Assembly (NCBI GenBank): GCA_046757025.1 | Contig: JBHHXN010000021.1 | Span: 1-48,320, forward strand | DNA: 48,320 nt | Source of the DNA: a bacterium | Lineage (GTDB): Bacteria; Zhuqueibacterota; Zhuqueibacteria; Oceanimicrobiales; Oceanimicrobiaceae | Direction: 5' to 3' | Shown: positions 19,501-27,588 of the stretch, piece after piece | Layout of the letters: each line of letters begins with the position of its first letter | How positions within the stretch are numbered: the stretch's first letter is position 1 | The notes under the pieces: model-generated | The model's input: only the letters and a program-made list of their open reading frames with translations | The model's database searches: none | What the model was told of the DNA's origin: nothing | Made by a program: the position numbers and the translations under genes

Positions 19501-21206
19501 AAACTTTCTGGTAAATCAGACAGGCTGAGCCAGCCGGAATCGAACACGTTCACCTGCTCATCCTGCTTCTGGTGGATGCCAAACAGCTCGGTGTTTTCAC
19601 GCACGGCCTGAAAACGCAGCGAATCCGTGCTACGGAAGCCGAGACACTCAATCTGCGATTTTGGATTTTGTACGCGTATCGTATTTTTGACTCCCCTGGC
19701 AAATCGCTGGCCGCGGTCGTTTTCAAACACAAACCAATCCGTGATGATGGGTTTACATTTCCCGTGCAAATCCAAAATTATCGGCGATGAGTCGCTGCCT
19801 TCGCTTGTGTTGCCGGCCGCATCCGCTGCGTGGATTTTATAGTGAAACGTCTCTAAGTCGTGCACCTCTCCTAACGTGTCCGTATATTGGATAGATTCTC
19901 CCTGAGCAAACGGGAATAACTCTTCCACAGGTTTCACAAAGACCGCGTACATATCCGGAACCGCGTTGATGATGCTCGCCCCCACCGCAAAATTACCACC
20001 CAGGGTGACTTCGCCGGCGGCAAACACGTTTCGGCTTTTGTAGAGCTCCATCTGGCCGCGGGAAGTACGCAGATTGCGGCGGAACAAAATGAAGTTTCTC
20101 GCCAGCCATTCTGGTTTGGACTTGAAGCGTTTGTCCAGGGCAATATATATAAAGGACGAGGCGTTTAAACGAAAAGTGAGAAAATTCTCTTGTTCGCGCC
20201 AGCGGTCTTTAATGGATGTTTTCAGCAAAGCAGACCGCTTTATTTCCTGGGGCAAAAAAACAAATTTTAAATCGCCATCCAAATACAGCGATTCACGGGC
20301 TTCCAGCAGCACGGGAAAATAATTTTTCGGTGAAATGTCGGAGACTGGGAAAAATGGTAGGGTGTCAATGGCGGTGTACGCTTGCACGGTTTTATTGCGG
20401 CGAAACAAAATATATTTTTCGATATAACCGAGTTCGTCCGGTTGATGCGGCCACTGTATGGTCACTTCTCCGTCGGCGCTGACGGTAAACTGTTCAACCG
20501 TGACTGCGGGCGGCGGCAGGTTGTCTTGAGTCGAGTAAGTGGTGTCGGAATGCAAAGTCACAAACCTGTCATTGTTAAAAATAGTGGCCTCAACAAAATA
20601 GCCGTAGCGAATGCCGTCCGTGAGATTTTCTACTACATGGCACTGCTGGTCGGTAAAAGTGGCCAACCGTTGCGGGCTGCCTGAAGATTTCCCTGAACCG
20701 GTTGCGGGAAACTGAAACAGCTCCTGACGGAGGGCGTTGCAATTCGTCCAGCATATCGTGTTGGACTCACCGGGCGTGAACGGCGGTTCCTGGGTTATTT
20801 TGGGCACGACTTTAATGGTCATCTTTTTTTCTACTTTTAAAAAGCCTGTAGGCCCGGATAATTGGGCTGCTATAATAAAGGAAAAGATTCCACAATTTTC
20901 AGAAGTTGGTATTAACGTCAGGGTGTCGCTAACCGAACAAACGGGAACACAGGAAATACTTTTTGAATCCCAATTAAAGGCAAAAGGCGGGACAGTTGGT
21001 TTGATTTTTAGGGATAAGACACCAGAAATTTTCGATTGGGCGGAAACGATAACATGGATAATCTCGCCTGGACTAATTCTATTATTTTGATTTCCACTAA
21101 CATTCAGAATGAGATCCGCTTCTTCCAATTCAGCAAAAGCCGTCAAATTACCAATAAGTAAAATTGACAGCACTGCTACACATTTCATTAACTTCCGTAA
21201 GTCCAT
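16530..21206 (-). CDS. Giant secreted FN3/Ig-repeat protein with C-terminal FlgD-Ig/T9SS type A-like sorting domain (1558 aa)
   Basis: Signal peptide; multiple FN3-like YxxxAxDxxGN motifs; C-terminus LKQNYPNPFNPTTTIKY..WDGRDDRG..GLYVYRM..RMLLLK; GAGGAG RBS. Confidence 0.92.
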   Translation of the reverse strand: MDLRKLMKCVAVLSILLIGNLTAFAELEEADLILNVSGNQNNRISPGEIIHVIVSAQSKISGVLSLKIKPTVPPFAFNWDSKSISCVPVCSVSDTLTLIPTSENCGIFSFIIAAQLSGPTGFLKVEKKMTIKVVPKITQEPPFTPGESNTICWTNCNALRQELFQFPATGSGKSSGSPQRLATFTDQQCHVVENLTDGIRYGYFVEATIFNNDRFVTLHSDTTYSTQDNLPPPAVTVEQFTVSADGEVTIQWPHQPDELGYIEKYILFRRNKTVQAYTAIDTLPFFPVSDISPKNYFPVLLEARESLYLDGDLKFVFLPQEIKRSALLKTSIKDRWREQENFLTFRLNASSFIYIALDKRFKSKPEWLARNFILFRRNLRTSRGQMELYKSRNVFAAGEVTLGGNFAVGASIINAVPDMYAVFVKPVEELFPFAQGESIQYTDTLGEVHDLETFHYKIHAADAAGNTSEGSDSSPIILDLHGKCKPIITDWFVFENDRGQRFARGVKNTIRVQNPKSQIECLGFRSTDSLRFQAVRENTELFGIHQKQDEQVNVFDSGWLSLSDLPESFSYEFDLLPPAKDPNFVSGVKYYYRAAGKDRFGNISIWSDTVSAIQDFFPPSDIHNLTARPRIFDGGEDGCVDLSWLPAFDEVSGLSSYIVYRSGDGGASFSAVDTISGAETSYCDALSAIGVNQIFHYKISAMDRVGNARSLVDSDQEVAIRALVGPRIFPDSSNTLFCSSDILGINRDTLSFAWPGFNSENVQGYEIEIVNPDGSQNRKLISAPVNQTFDCPIDGGDGIYRLRMRAFYVNGDSTIFSNTITFRKKASLAGVQNLTAVHESAPTGDILLSWTHPDSLEIVEYRIFTWPQGAPQPETPAAVLPGDSLQWRHEFEKHSLRAYECNNYLVQARDCFNLISLVNPIVGQFSNRAPEFTKDQTEIDQNNIKVFWNRPSPRLPGTDDFYVEMLVFKDVTDSAPVQVDTLFNKTDYTLFNAFSGHNYYFQVREILLGDTGQGCAEQFISHPAPFLVVPLDNLPEPVAFDVQALPVPPGTASGDIFLSWQGYSEEAVNTFLVQWSEKGSKMILDSTKVVDVDTLLIRGFDISKIYSFTVTAIDFLQQRSNTITVQDAHFKPFWVFTPKLLEVKPSCFRDSLELVWSWVDENLSIVADNFGADSLVIELSIDPDFNFNKSTKKLGFSRRHTFHWMPDFPFASVQNEVVYARIRAQDRWQHLSPWSTDYPQLGAISGHYDALPPAIVTSMVDSTAAPDFGAPGEVNVHLSWIAVDDNCSGTWYYEITRDEEVLARDSSRADVYKFVDRRVKINDNFLNLQWQVHAVDSLMNRQTLAKAGSVPFMISPPDSGWCLDDTTFCWSSGQSTAPASEMVYFLEGARFVELFGSPITNVFIGPLTDQCTNFKVPWEGIYWRIKTRVNSFDSAWSDLFFCQLNTGTNVTEVESNEAANIPEQFALKQNYPNPFNPTTTIKYAIPAVSSGTVKVEIEIFNLTGQKIRTLVQDEKPAGEHRVVWDGRDDRGTVVGNGLYVYRMRVKDFVSSQRMLLLK

Positions 21207-21518
21207 AGCAGACTCCTCATAGAGCTTTATAATTAAGCTCTAAATTCCCCCTGCAGAATATGTATTTGATAAAAATATATCAAAAAAAATCGTTCTCTCA
21301 CGCTTTGGTCATTCGAAAGTTACTATCGTTAAATTAATCGCTGTTTTGGATTCAATCAGGTGAAAGAACGAAAAATTTACATTTTTCTATTTAGCTTTTA
21401 TGATATATTAAAATATAACTGAAATTAAATTCAGATTTTCTCCTATCGATTATCACCCCCCCCAAAATTCTGTTTAAGTATCATACGGTTAGAAAAAAGA
21501 GTATCATAAAATGAATTA

Positions 21519-21547
21519 AATATATAATAAATACGCAATATAGTCAA
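21519..21547 (-). promoter_or_regulatory. Sigma70-type promoter of the 21206->4643 operon
   Basis: Minus strand TTGACT-N17-TATATT, about 310 nt upstream of the ATG. Confidence 0.7.
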
Positions 21548-22192
21548 GCTTTTTCTTAATATGTTGCGTTATTTTTAAGAAAAATATATTTTATAAAGAG
21601 TATCTTAATAATTCGAATGGATGCTTTGCGAAACAAGAACTTAAATAAAAATTGTGAGCAAAGGAAGTATCCTCTGTTGAAATCCTGCAAGTTTTTTGAA
21701 TTACGCGTTCCATAAAATCTTACGTCATTTTAACATAATTTGCGTAATTTTTGTAACTTCCTCTATGAAGGATAGGACTACTTGATGAGATTCGACCCTT
21801 TATTTCATGCAGAAGAATTTGCTCATGAGTATTGCAAACGATATGCCAGACACGGCTTATATCAAAATGGCTTCTGCAATCCTCTCGCTCTTCCATTTCG
21901 ACGCCAGCTATTCGGTCAGCCTGTTTCAGACCGTGAAAAATGTGAAAAGAATTCATTGTGAAGCGTTACATTTAATTTCTCCAGCTGAAATCAATTTACC
22001 GGACGTGCGCAAACAATGCACATTGAGTGAATAGATTACACACGTTGATTACGGATTGGGGAAGACGTATTCCGGATTCAAGATCGATGATGGAAGCTGA
22101 ATTTTGAGACACATAGGACAGAGGACCAAGGACGCATTGAGTGCGTGCGGCTCAATTGACAAATCATATCCATTAGATGCTTGAAAATGACA

Positions 22193-23212
22193 TCAAATCG
22201 AAAGCGACTTTGCCTGCACCATCTGCTGCAGCTTTTCGACCTGATTTTCATTGCCCAGCACGATCAACACATCTCCAGCTTGAATCACATTGTCGGCCGA
22301 CGGATTGATGGCGATGGGTTGACCCTGCCGCTGAAAGGCGATGACCAGGGTGCCGGTGCGGCCGCGAATGTGCAGATCGCGAATGGACTTGCCGATGAAC
22401 GAACTATCTTCGCCGATGTCGAATTCTTCCAAACGCAGCGCCAGCTCCTGGTCGCTCATGATGACGTCCAAAAAGTTGACCACCTGTGGTCTGAGCAGTA
22501 CCGAAGCCATTCTGCGTCCGCCGATTTCCGCTGATGAAATCACTTTGGTGGCGCCGGCACGAAATAACTTCGGCACCGCTGCCTCATCTGCGGCTCGGGC
22601 GACGATGGTCAAATTGGGATTAAAACCACGGGCCGTCAAAGTCAGAAACACGTTATCGGCGTCTTCGTGCACCGCAGCGATCAGGCCTTTTGCGGTGACA
22701 ATGCCCGCTTTGATCAGAACTTCATCATGGGTGGCATCGCCCTGAATCACCAGCAGGCCGCTCTCCCTAAGCCGGGCCACTAATTCCGGCTCTTTTTCGA
22801 TGACAACAAAAGGCACCCGGCTTCTTTGCAGCTCTTCACCGGCATGCCGGCCTTCGTTGCCATATCCACAAATAATGATATGATTTTTCAATTCACCAAT
22901 TACTTTGTTCATTTTTCGTGCCTTAAAGATTTCTTTTATTTCGCCTTCAACAAAAAATGCCGCAATGTTTCCGAACCCATATCCCACCGTGGCAATGCCC
23001 ACCACGATCATGCACAGTGTGAATATTCTCCCCACATCTGACAGCGGCTTGACTTCTTGAAATCCCACCGTAGAAATGGTGATGACGGTCATATACAACG
23101 CCTCGGTTGGCGACCACCCTTCGATGATCATATACCCCACGCTTCCCAAGAATAAAATCAGTCCGAAAATGCTGAACGCGACGAGGATTCTTTTAAACGG
23201 AGTTAGCTGCAT
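22193..23212 (-). CDS. Potassium channel protein, two-TM pore plus TrkA-N/TrkA-C (RCK) domains
   Basis: Pore motif TISTVGF; Rossmann HIIICGYGNEG; GDAT; C-terminal TrkA-C (NPSADNVIQAGDVLIVLG). Confidence 0.93.
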   Translation of the reverse strand: MQLTPFKRILVAFSIFGLILFLGSVGYMIIEGWSPTEALYMTVITISTVGFQEVKPLSDVGRIFTLCMIVVGIATVGYGFGNIAAFFVEGEIKEIFKARKMNKVIGELKNHIIICGYGNEGRHAGEELQRSRVPFVVIEKEPELVARLRESGLLVIQGDATHDEVLIKAGIVTAKGLIAAVHEDADNVFLTLTARGFNPNLTIVARAADEAAVPKLFRAGATKVISSAEIGGRRMASVLLRPQVVNFLDVIMSDQELALRLEEFDIGEDSSFIGKSIRDLHIRGRTGTLVIAFQRQGQPIAINPSADNVIQAGDVLIVLGNENQVEKLQQMVQAKSLSI

Positions 23213-23498
23213 TTTATGCCCCCAAACACCATAAAAAAAATGTGGTCAAACTTCGTATGTGTTTTTAGAAAATTTCCCATCATGAAAACACTTTCTGAAT
23301 GGAAATCACAAATCGGAAATTGCCTGTCAAACCTCTATCTTCCATCCTCGACACTACCCCACAACCGAGACTCCGGGCCAAACATTTTCATACGACAAAT
23401 TTAATCATAAAAGAAAGACAAATCAACCAATATCATCGAGATCTCATATAAAAGACAGACCATCACTCAACTCCACTTAAAAAGCTGGGAGTTTTTAC

Positions 23499-23527
23499 TT
23501 GACATTTTAAAGCGCTCTGATTATTTT
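23499..23527 (+). promoter_or_regulatory. Sigma70-type promoter for the amidase operon
   Basis: TTGACA-N17-TATTTT, about 160 nt upstream of 23687. Confidence 0.55.
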
Positions 23528-23686
23528 CTTTTACTTTTAAGCATCATTTGAATGACCTCTTTTCCGTCCCAACCAATCATTCTTTAGACGTTCTAAAATG
23601 AGTTAGATCCTGCTGTTTCAGGGAGGTAAAAAGTAAATTAATTAAATCCAATTATTTATCCATCCATAAATGCAAAGGAGCCATTT

Positions 23687-25000
23687 ATGAGCAATGAGCA
23701 ATTTTTGCCATTAGCGCCTTTTTTAGCTCAGTTAGGCATCATGCTCACATTGTCCCTGGTGGTGGAAAGACTCATGGCCATATTAAACTGGTTGATGAAC
23801 CAGTTGATCGTCATGAAATCCACCACCGAATGGGAAGGCAGCAAGCAGATCAAAGCCGAATTACAGCATGCCAAAAGAGCCAAAGAGGAAGAAGATGTTC
23901 TCAAAACACCCTCGGTGGTAACGGAAGCCCGGGAAATTGAACCTCATCCCAACAAAGCGTACACCCAGCCGGAGTCGCGTTTCGATGTCAAATTCATTTC
24001 ACCACCAAAAGCGCTGGCCGTACTGAAGGAGTTCTGGATCCAGATCATCGCCACGTTTGTAGCCATCCTGGGTTGTTACGTCATGAAATTTTCAATATGG
24101 GTTTTTATCCGATGGGCACAGGAGTTAAAGAATTTTGCCGAAATTCAAAACCAGGCGGAATGGTGGGAATTCGTGATCACCGGCGTCATCATCGGAGCGG
24201 GCAGCAAGCCGGTCAACTTTCTCATGAATTTCATCATCAATCGGAAAATTGTGGTAGCCAGAGAAGAGACCGTGCAAGCAGAAAAAGCGCTACCGATCAC
24301 CAAAGCCGCCACCGCCAAACCCGCACCACTTGTGCCGGCAGTCGCGGCCCCCGCTCCCGAGTTGAAAACCGTCGAAGACCTCGTGGGGTTCACTTACAGC
24401 GGCGGCGATCGGCCAGCGAGATTGGAGCACACTCACCTGTTTCGCAAACCCATCGACCTCATTGTTTACCACCACACAGCCATGCATTCCGAGGCGCCCT
24501 TTGAAGAGGTTATCAAAGAGTTTGACCGCAAAGGCTGGCTGACCGGTTACAACTGCGTCATCATGAAAGACGGCACCATCCACGCGCTGTGCCGCTGGGA
24601 CCGGTTCGGCAATCATGCCCGCGGCTACAACGCCCACTCGTTGGGTGTGGCTTTGCACGGCAACTTTGAACCTAATCCCCGAGTGCCCTTTTCCAACCCG
24701 GATGGCCGCTACGGCATTCTAAAACCCACCCTCAAGCAGGTGGAGTCGGCAGCCAGGATCACGGCACTGTGGAGTTTGATGCACAACATCGAAATTCGAT
24801 TTCCCACGAAAGACGATCCCGAATTTCCAAAAGGCATCGTACCGCATTATGAGCTGGCGCCCAAAGCCTGTCCGGGCGGCAATTTCCCGCACGACATGTA
24901 CCGAAAAAAAGTGCGGGCGTATGCCAAATTGTGGGGCGAAGATGACAATTTCAAACTGGCGTTGGAGGACTTCAAAGCCTCTCCAATGGTCATAGCATAG
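23687..25000 (+). CDS. Membrane-anchored N-acetylmuramoyl-L-alanine amidase (Amidase_2/PGRP type) fused to a holin-like 3-TM domain
   Basis: Three hydrophobic segments, an Ala/Pro linker, then LIVYHHTA, GNHARGYN, SLGVALHGNF and PHYELAPKACPG (His/His/Cys Zn ligands); AAGGAG RBS. Confidence 0.88.
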   Translation: MSNEQFLPLAPFLAQLGIMLTLSLVVERLMAILNWLMNQLIVMKSTTEWEGSKQIKAELQHAKRAKEEEDVLKTPSVVTEAREIEPHPNKAYTQPESRFDVKFISPPKALAVLKEFWIQIIATFVAILGCYVMKFSIWVFIRWAQELKNFAEIQNQAEWWEFVITGVIIGAGSKPVNFLMNFIINRKIVVAREETVQAEKALPITKAATAKPAPLVPAVAAPAPELKTVEDLVGFTYSGGDRPARLEHTHLFRKPIDLIVYHHTAMHSEAPFEEVIKEFDRKGWLTGYNCVIMKDGTIHALCRWDRFGNHARGYNAHSLGVALHGNFEPNPRVPFSNPDGRYGILKPTLKQVESAARITALWSLMHNIEIRFPTKDDPEFPKGIVPHYELAPKACPGGNFPHDMYRKKVRAYAKLWGEDDNFKLALEDFKASPMVIA

Positions 25001-25009
25001 GAGGCGATC

Positions 25010-25588
25010 ATGAACAAAGTTGAAGTCATTTCAATGATGACGTTTATTTTCTTTATTTATTTTATCCTGGCGATTTTTATCGAAAGGGTAATCGAAATTC
25101 TGGTGACCTTCTTTAAATATTTTGAATTTAAATGGAATAAGTACGAAGTCTGGAATCGCAAAGCCCGGAAATACCAGCAAAAATTTGAGCGCTTGTACGG
25201 CATGCAGGCCGACCCGGCAGACAGCAAAGCCAACCTGTTTAGCTGGATCAAATGGAAGGTGCTCACCGAAAAACCCTACCCGGGCGGAAAAGAGATCATT
25301 TCAGCGGAGCTGATTCGCATGAATTTCATCCGCATGGCCAGCCGCATCGTGGCGTTTTTGCTGGCGCTGGGATTCGTGGTGATCTTGAATCTCGACATCA
25401 TCGCCATTGTCGAAAACCTGCTGCCGGATGTGAAAATTCTTCGGGCGGTGACCAACATCGAAATGATCAGAATTCTGCTGACGGCAGCCTTGATTTCCAT
25501 CGGGTCGGAGCCGCTGCATGAAGTCATCAGCTACATTGAAAAAATTGAAAAGCGCAAAAAAGCCCGTGCGAAAGGAGGGGGACAATGA
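25010..25588 (+). CDS. 3-TM membrane protein, paralogous to the N-terminal domain of the amidase; holin-like
   Basis: LAIFIERVIEIL matches LSLVVERLMAIL, and LLTAALISIGSEPLHEVI matches VITGVIIGAGSKPVNFLM; basic C-terminal tail; GGAGG RBS. Confidence 0.75.
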   Translation: MNKVEVISMMTFIFFIYFILAIFIERVIEILVTFFKYFEFKWNKYEVWNRKARKYQQKFERLYGMQADPADSKANLFSWIKWKVLTEKPYPGGKEIISAELIRMNFIRMASRIVAFLLALGFVVILNLDIIAIVENLLPDVKILRAVTNIEMIRILLTAALISIGSEPLHEVISYIEKIEKRKKARAKGGGQ

Positions 25589-26037
25589 ATTTACTGAAAA
25601 TACTCAGCACGCTGAGAGACTTCGCTGACTTTATCATTTTCGGCGTAATCTTTGTAGTCATTCTTTTTCTCTTTTTAAAAGAATTCAAACCCACCAGTAA
25701 AAATTCCTGGGCGATTTTATTGGCTCTGATCGGCATGGGCGGCTTCTTTTTCTTTAAAGCCTGGCAGCGCAAAAAACTGCTGGAAAAATTCAAAGAGCGC
25801 GAAGAGGAGCTGAAAAAACTGGAAGCGGAGTATGATGAGCTCAAAGAAAAAGCTCAGATCACCGATGAAGCCTATCAAAAAGCCAAAACCGCGCTCGACC
25901 AGGCAAAAGTGCAAGCGGGTTTAGGCATCATGCGAGCAGACAATGAGCTGGCCGAACGTATGGATGCAATCGAAAAAGAATTCGAGAACATGTCGGTGGA
26001 CGATTCCCTGGCCAAAATCGAAGCCTCGCTGAAATAA
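25585..26037 (+). CDS. Membrane-anchored coiled-coil protein (150 aa)
   Basis: Two N-terminal TMs followed by a charged heptad region; ATGA overlap with the upstream gene. Confidence 0.8.
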   Translation: MNLLKILSTLRDFADFIIFGVIFVVILFLFLKEFKPTSKNSWAILLALIGMGGFFFFKAWQRKKLLEKFKEREEELKKLEAEYDELKEKAQITDEAYQKAKTALDQAKVQAGLGIMRADNELAERMDAIEKEFENMSVDDSLAKIEASLK

Positions 26038-26055
26038 ACCAATTTGGAGAACATT

Positions 26056-26613
26056 ATGAAAACAGGCATCCTATTCATCTACCTGATGGCGACCATCTCT
26101 TTAGCCGCAGCTCAGGAATTGATCATACAACGCGGGGATCAATCTTTTCCCGTTGAAAAACGCACCGCCAATCTCTGGTACGTCCAGATGGACGGCAAAG
26201 ATTATTATTTGATGGAGCGCCGAATCGCCGATCGACGCTCAAAAATCATCGATTCCCTGAAAGCAGTCATCGAACGCCATGAAAAAGTGCTCGCCATAAA
26301 CGACACCTTGCTGGCAAAATATTCAACCTTTGAGAAAAATGCCAACGAGCATATAGCAGCTCAGAAAGAGCTGCTCAGCACCGCCGACAGCCTGTACCTC
26401 GGCTACAAAGCCATCTACAACGACTTGAAAAAAGCCATTGGCTGGACCACTTTTTCCCTCACCGGCGGCGTGGGCTGGGCCGACCCGCCAGAGAGCCGTT
26501 CGCGTCCCATGGTTTCGCTGGGCGTGGGGTTTCAGAATTGGATCGCACTCTATCAGGTGGGGAAAAATTACAACGGGCTGTCGGTGCTGTATCGACTGCC
26601 GCTAGGATTTTAG
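26056..26613 (+). CDS. Secreted coiled-coil protein with C-terminal amphipathic beta strands ending in Phe (probable outer-membrane anchor)
   Basis: ATG at 26056 after GGAG; signal peptide MKTGILFIYLMATISLAAA; helical middle; tail FSLTGGVGW/VSLGVGF/IALYQVG/LSVLYRLPLGF. Confidence 0.75.
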   Translation: MKTGILFIYLMATISLAAAQELIIQRGDQSFPVEKRTANLWYVQMDGKDYYLMERRIADRRSKIIDSLKAVIERHEKVLAINDTLLAKYSTFEKNANEHIAAQKELLSTADSLYLGYKAIYNDLKKAIGWTTFSLTGGVGWADPPESRSRPMVSLGVGFQNWIALYQVGKNYNGLSVLYRLPLGF

Positions 26614-27449
26614 GAAACGGAATCCGTTTGAACGGCGCTTTTTGCTGCTTCCACGGATTTTGCGGACTCCATCGGCCGGCCTAAATGGTTCAATTTGCGC
26701 GCCAGTTTGAAATACCATGTACGCGGCAAGTTGTGAATCAAGCGGTAGAGCAGGCGCATTCGGAATGGGAAGATGAGCAGACGTTTGCGCCGGGCTACGG
26801 CCTGCACCATGAGTTTGGCGGCTTTTTCAGGAGTCAACATCCAGAAACGATTGGGATTGCCCGCGTTGATGGGGGTATCCACGAAGCCGGGGTGGATTAC
26901 GGTGAATTGAATGTCGGGCAGCTCTGCGGTCAAGCTCTGCAGATAATAATCCAGGCCGATTTTTGACAGGCTGTAAATACTTCTTCGGGGCAAACCCCGC
27001 ATGGACGCCGCGGAGCCGATCCCTACGATGGCACCAAATTTTTGCGGCGCCATGATTTCCAGACAGGCTTGCGTGGTGTAAATGGCGCCCTTTAAATTGG
27101 TATCGATGACGTCTTCCATATTTTCCCAGCGCCAGTTCTCAAAGGAGGTATCCCGGCTGATGCCGCTGTTTATCCAGGCCACATCCAGCCGTCCGATTTG
27201 TCGATGAAATTCTTTCACGCAAGAAACTACCTCTTCCCTGTTCCTGACGTCACACGATTTGAGCCAGAAAGAGCTGCCGCTCTCCCGCAGCTTACTTGCC
27301 AGCGCCTGCAGTTTTTCCCGCCGCCGGCTGAGCAATCCAAAATGAATTCCGTAAGGCGCCAGGGCTTCGACAATGGCCCAACCCAGTCCAGAAGAAGCGC
27401 CCGTAACCAAAACCACTTTATCCGACCAGTATGACTCAAGCGTACTCAA
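26610..27449 (-). CDS. Short-chain dehydrogenase/reductase
   Basis: TGASSGLG, NSGI, YSLSK (YxxxK), HPGFVDT. Confidence 0.93.
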   Translation of the reverse strand: MSTLESYWSDKVVLVTGASSGLGWAIVEALAPYGIHFGLLSRRREKLQALASKLRESGSSFWLKSCDVRNREEVVSCVKEFHRQIGRLDVAWINSGISRDTSFENWRWENMEDVIDTNLKGAIYTTQACLEIMAPQKFGAIVGIGSAASMRGLPRRSIYSLSKIGLDYYLQSLTAELPDIQFTVIHPGFVDTPINAGNPNRFWMLTPEKAAKLMVQAVARRKRLLIFPFRMRLLYRLIHNLPRTWYFKLARKLNHLGRPMESAKSVEAAKSAVQTDSVS

Positions 27450-27588
27450 CTCAATCCCTCCACTAAATCTATTTTCATTTATAAAAACCCTCCCACGCTA
27501 TCTTCCATTTTCAATCTTTTATCCTCTATCTTCTTTCCTCTATCCGCAAACTTCCATTTTCGCTTTTCCCTTCATTCACTCATGGAGA

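Noticed and set aside
21720..22034. Overlapping 75-78 aa ORFs on opposite strands
   Set aside because: No clear RBS or motif; cannot be distinguished from chance.
23687..26613. Prophage
   Set aside because: No integrase, terminase, capsid or tail genes; flanks are housekeeping genes.
27500..27570. Pyrimidine-rich degenerate short repeats (TCTATC-like)
   Set aside because: Low-complexity intergenic tract with no associated gene; too degenerate to call.
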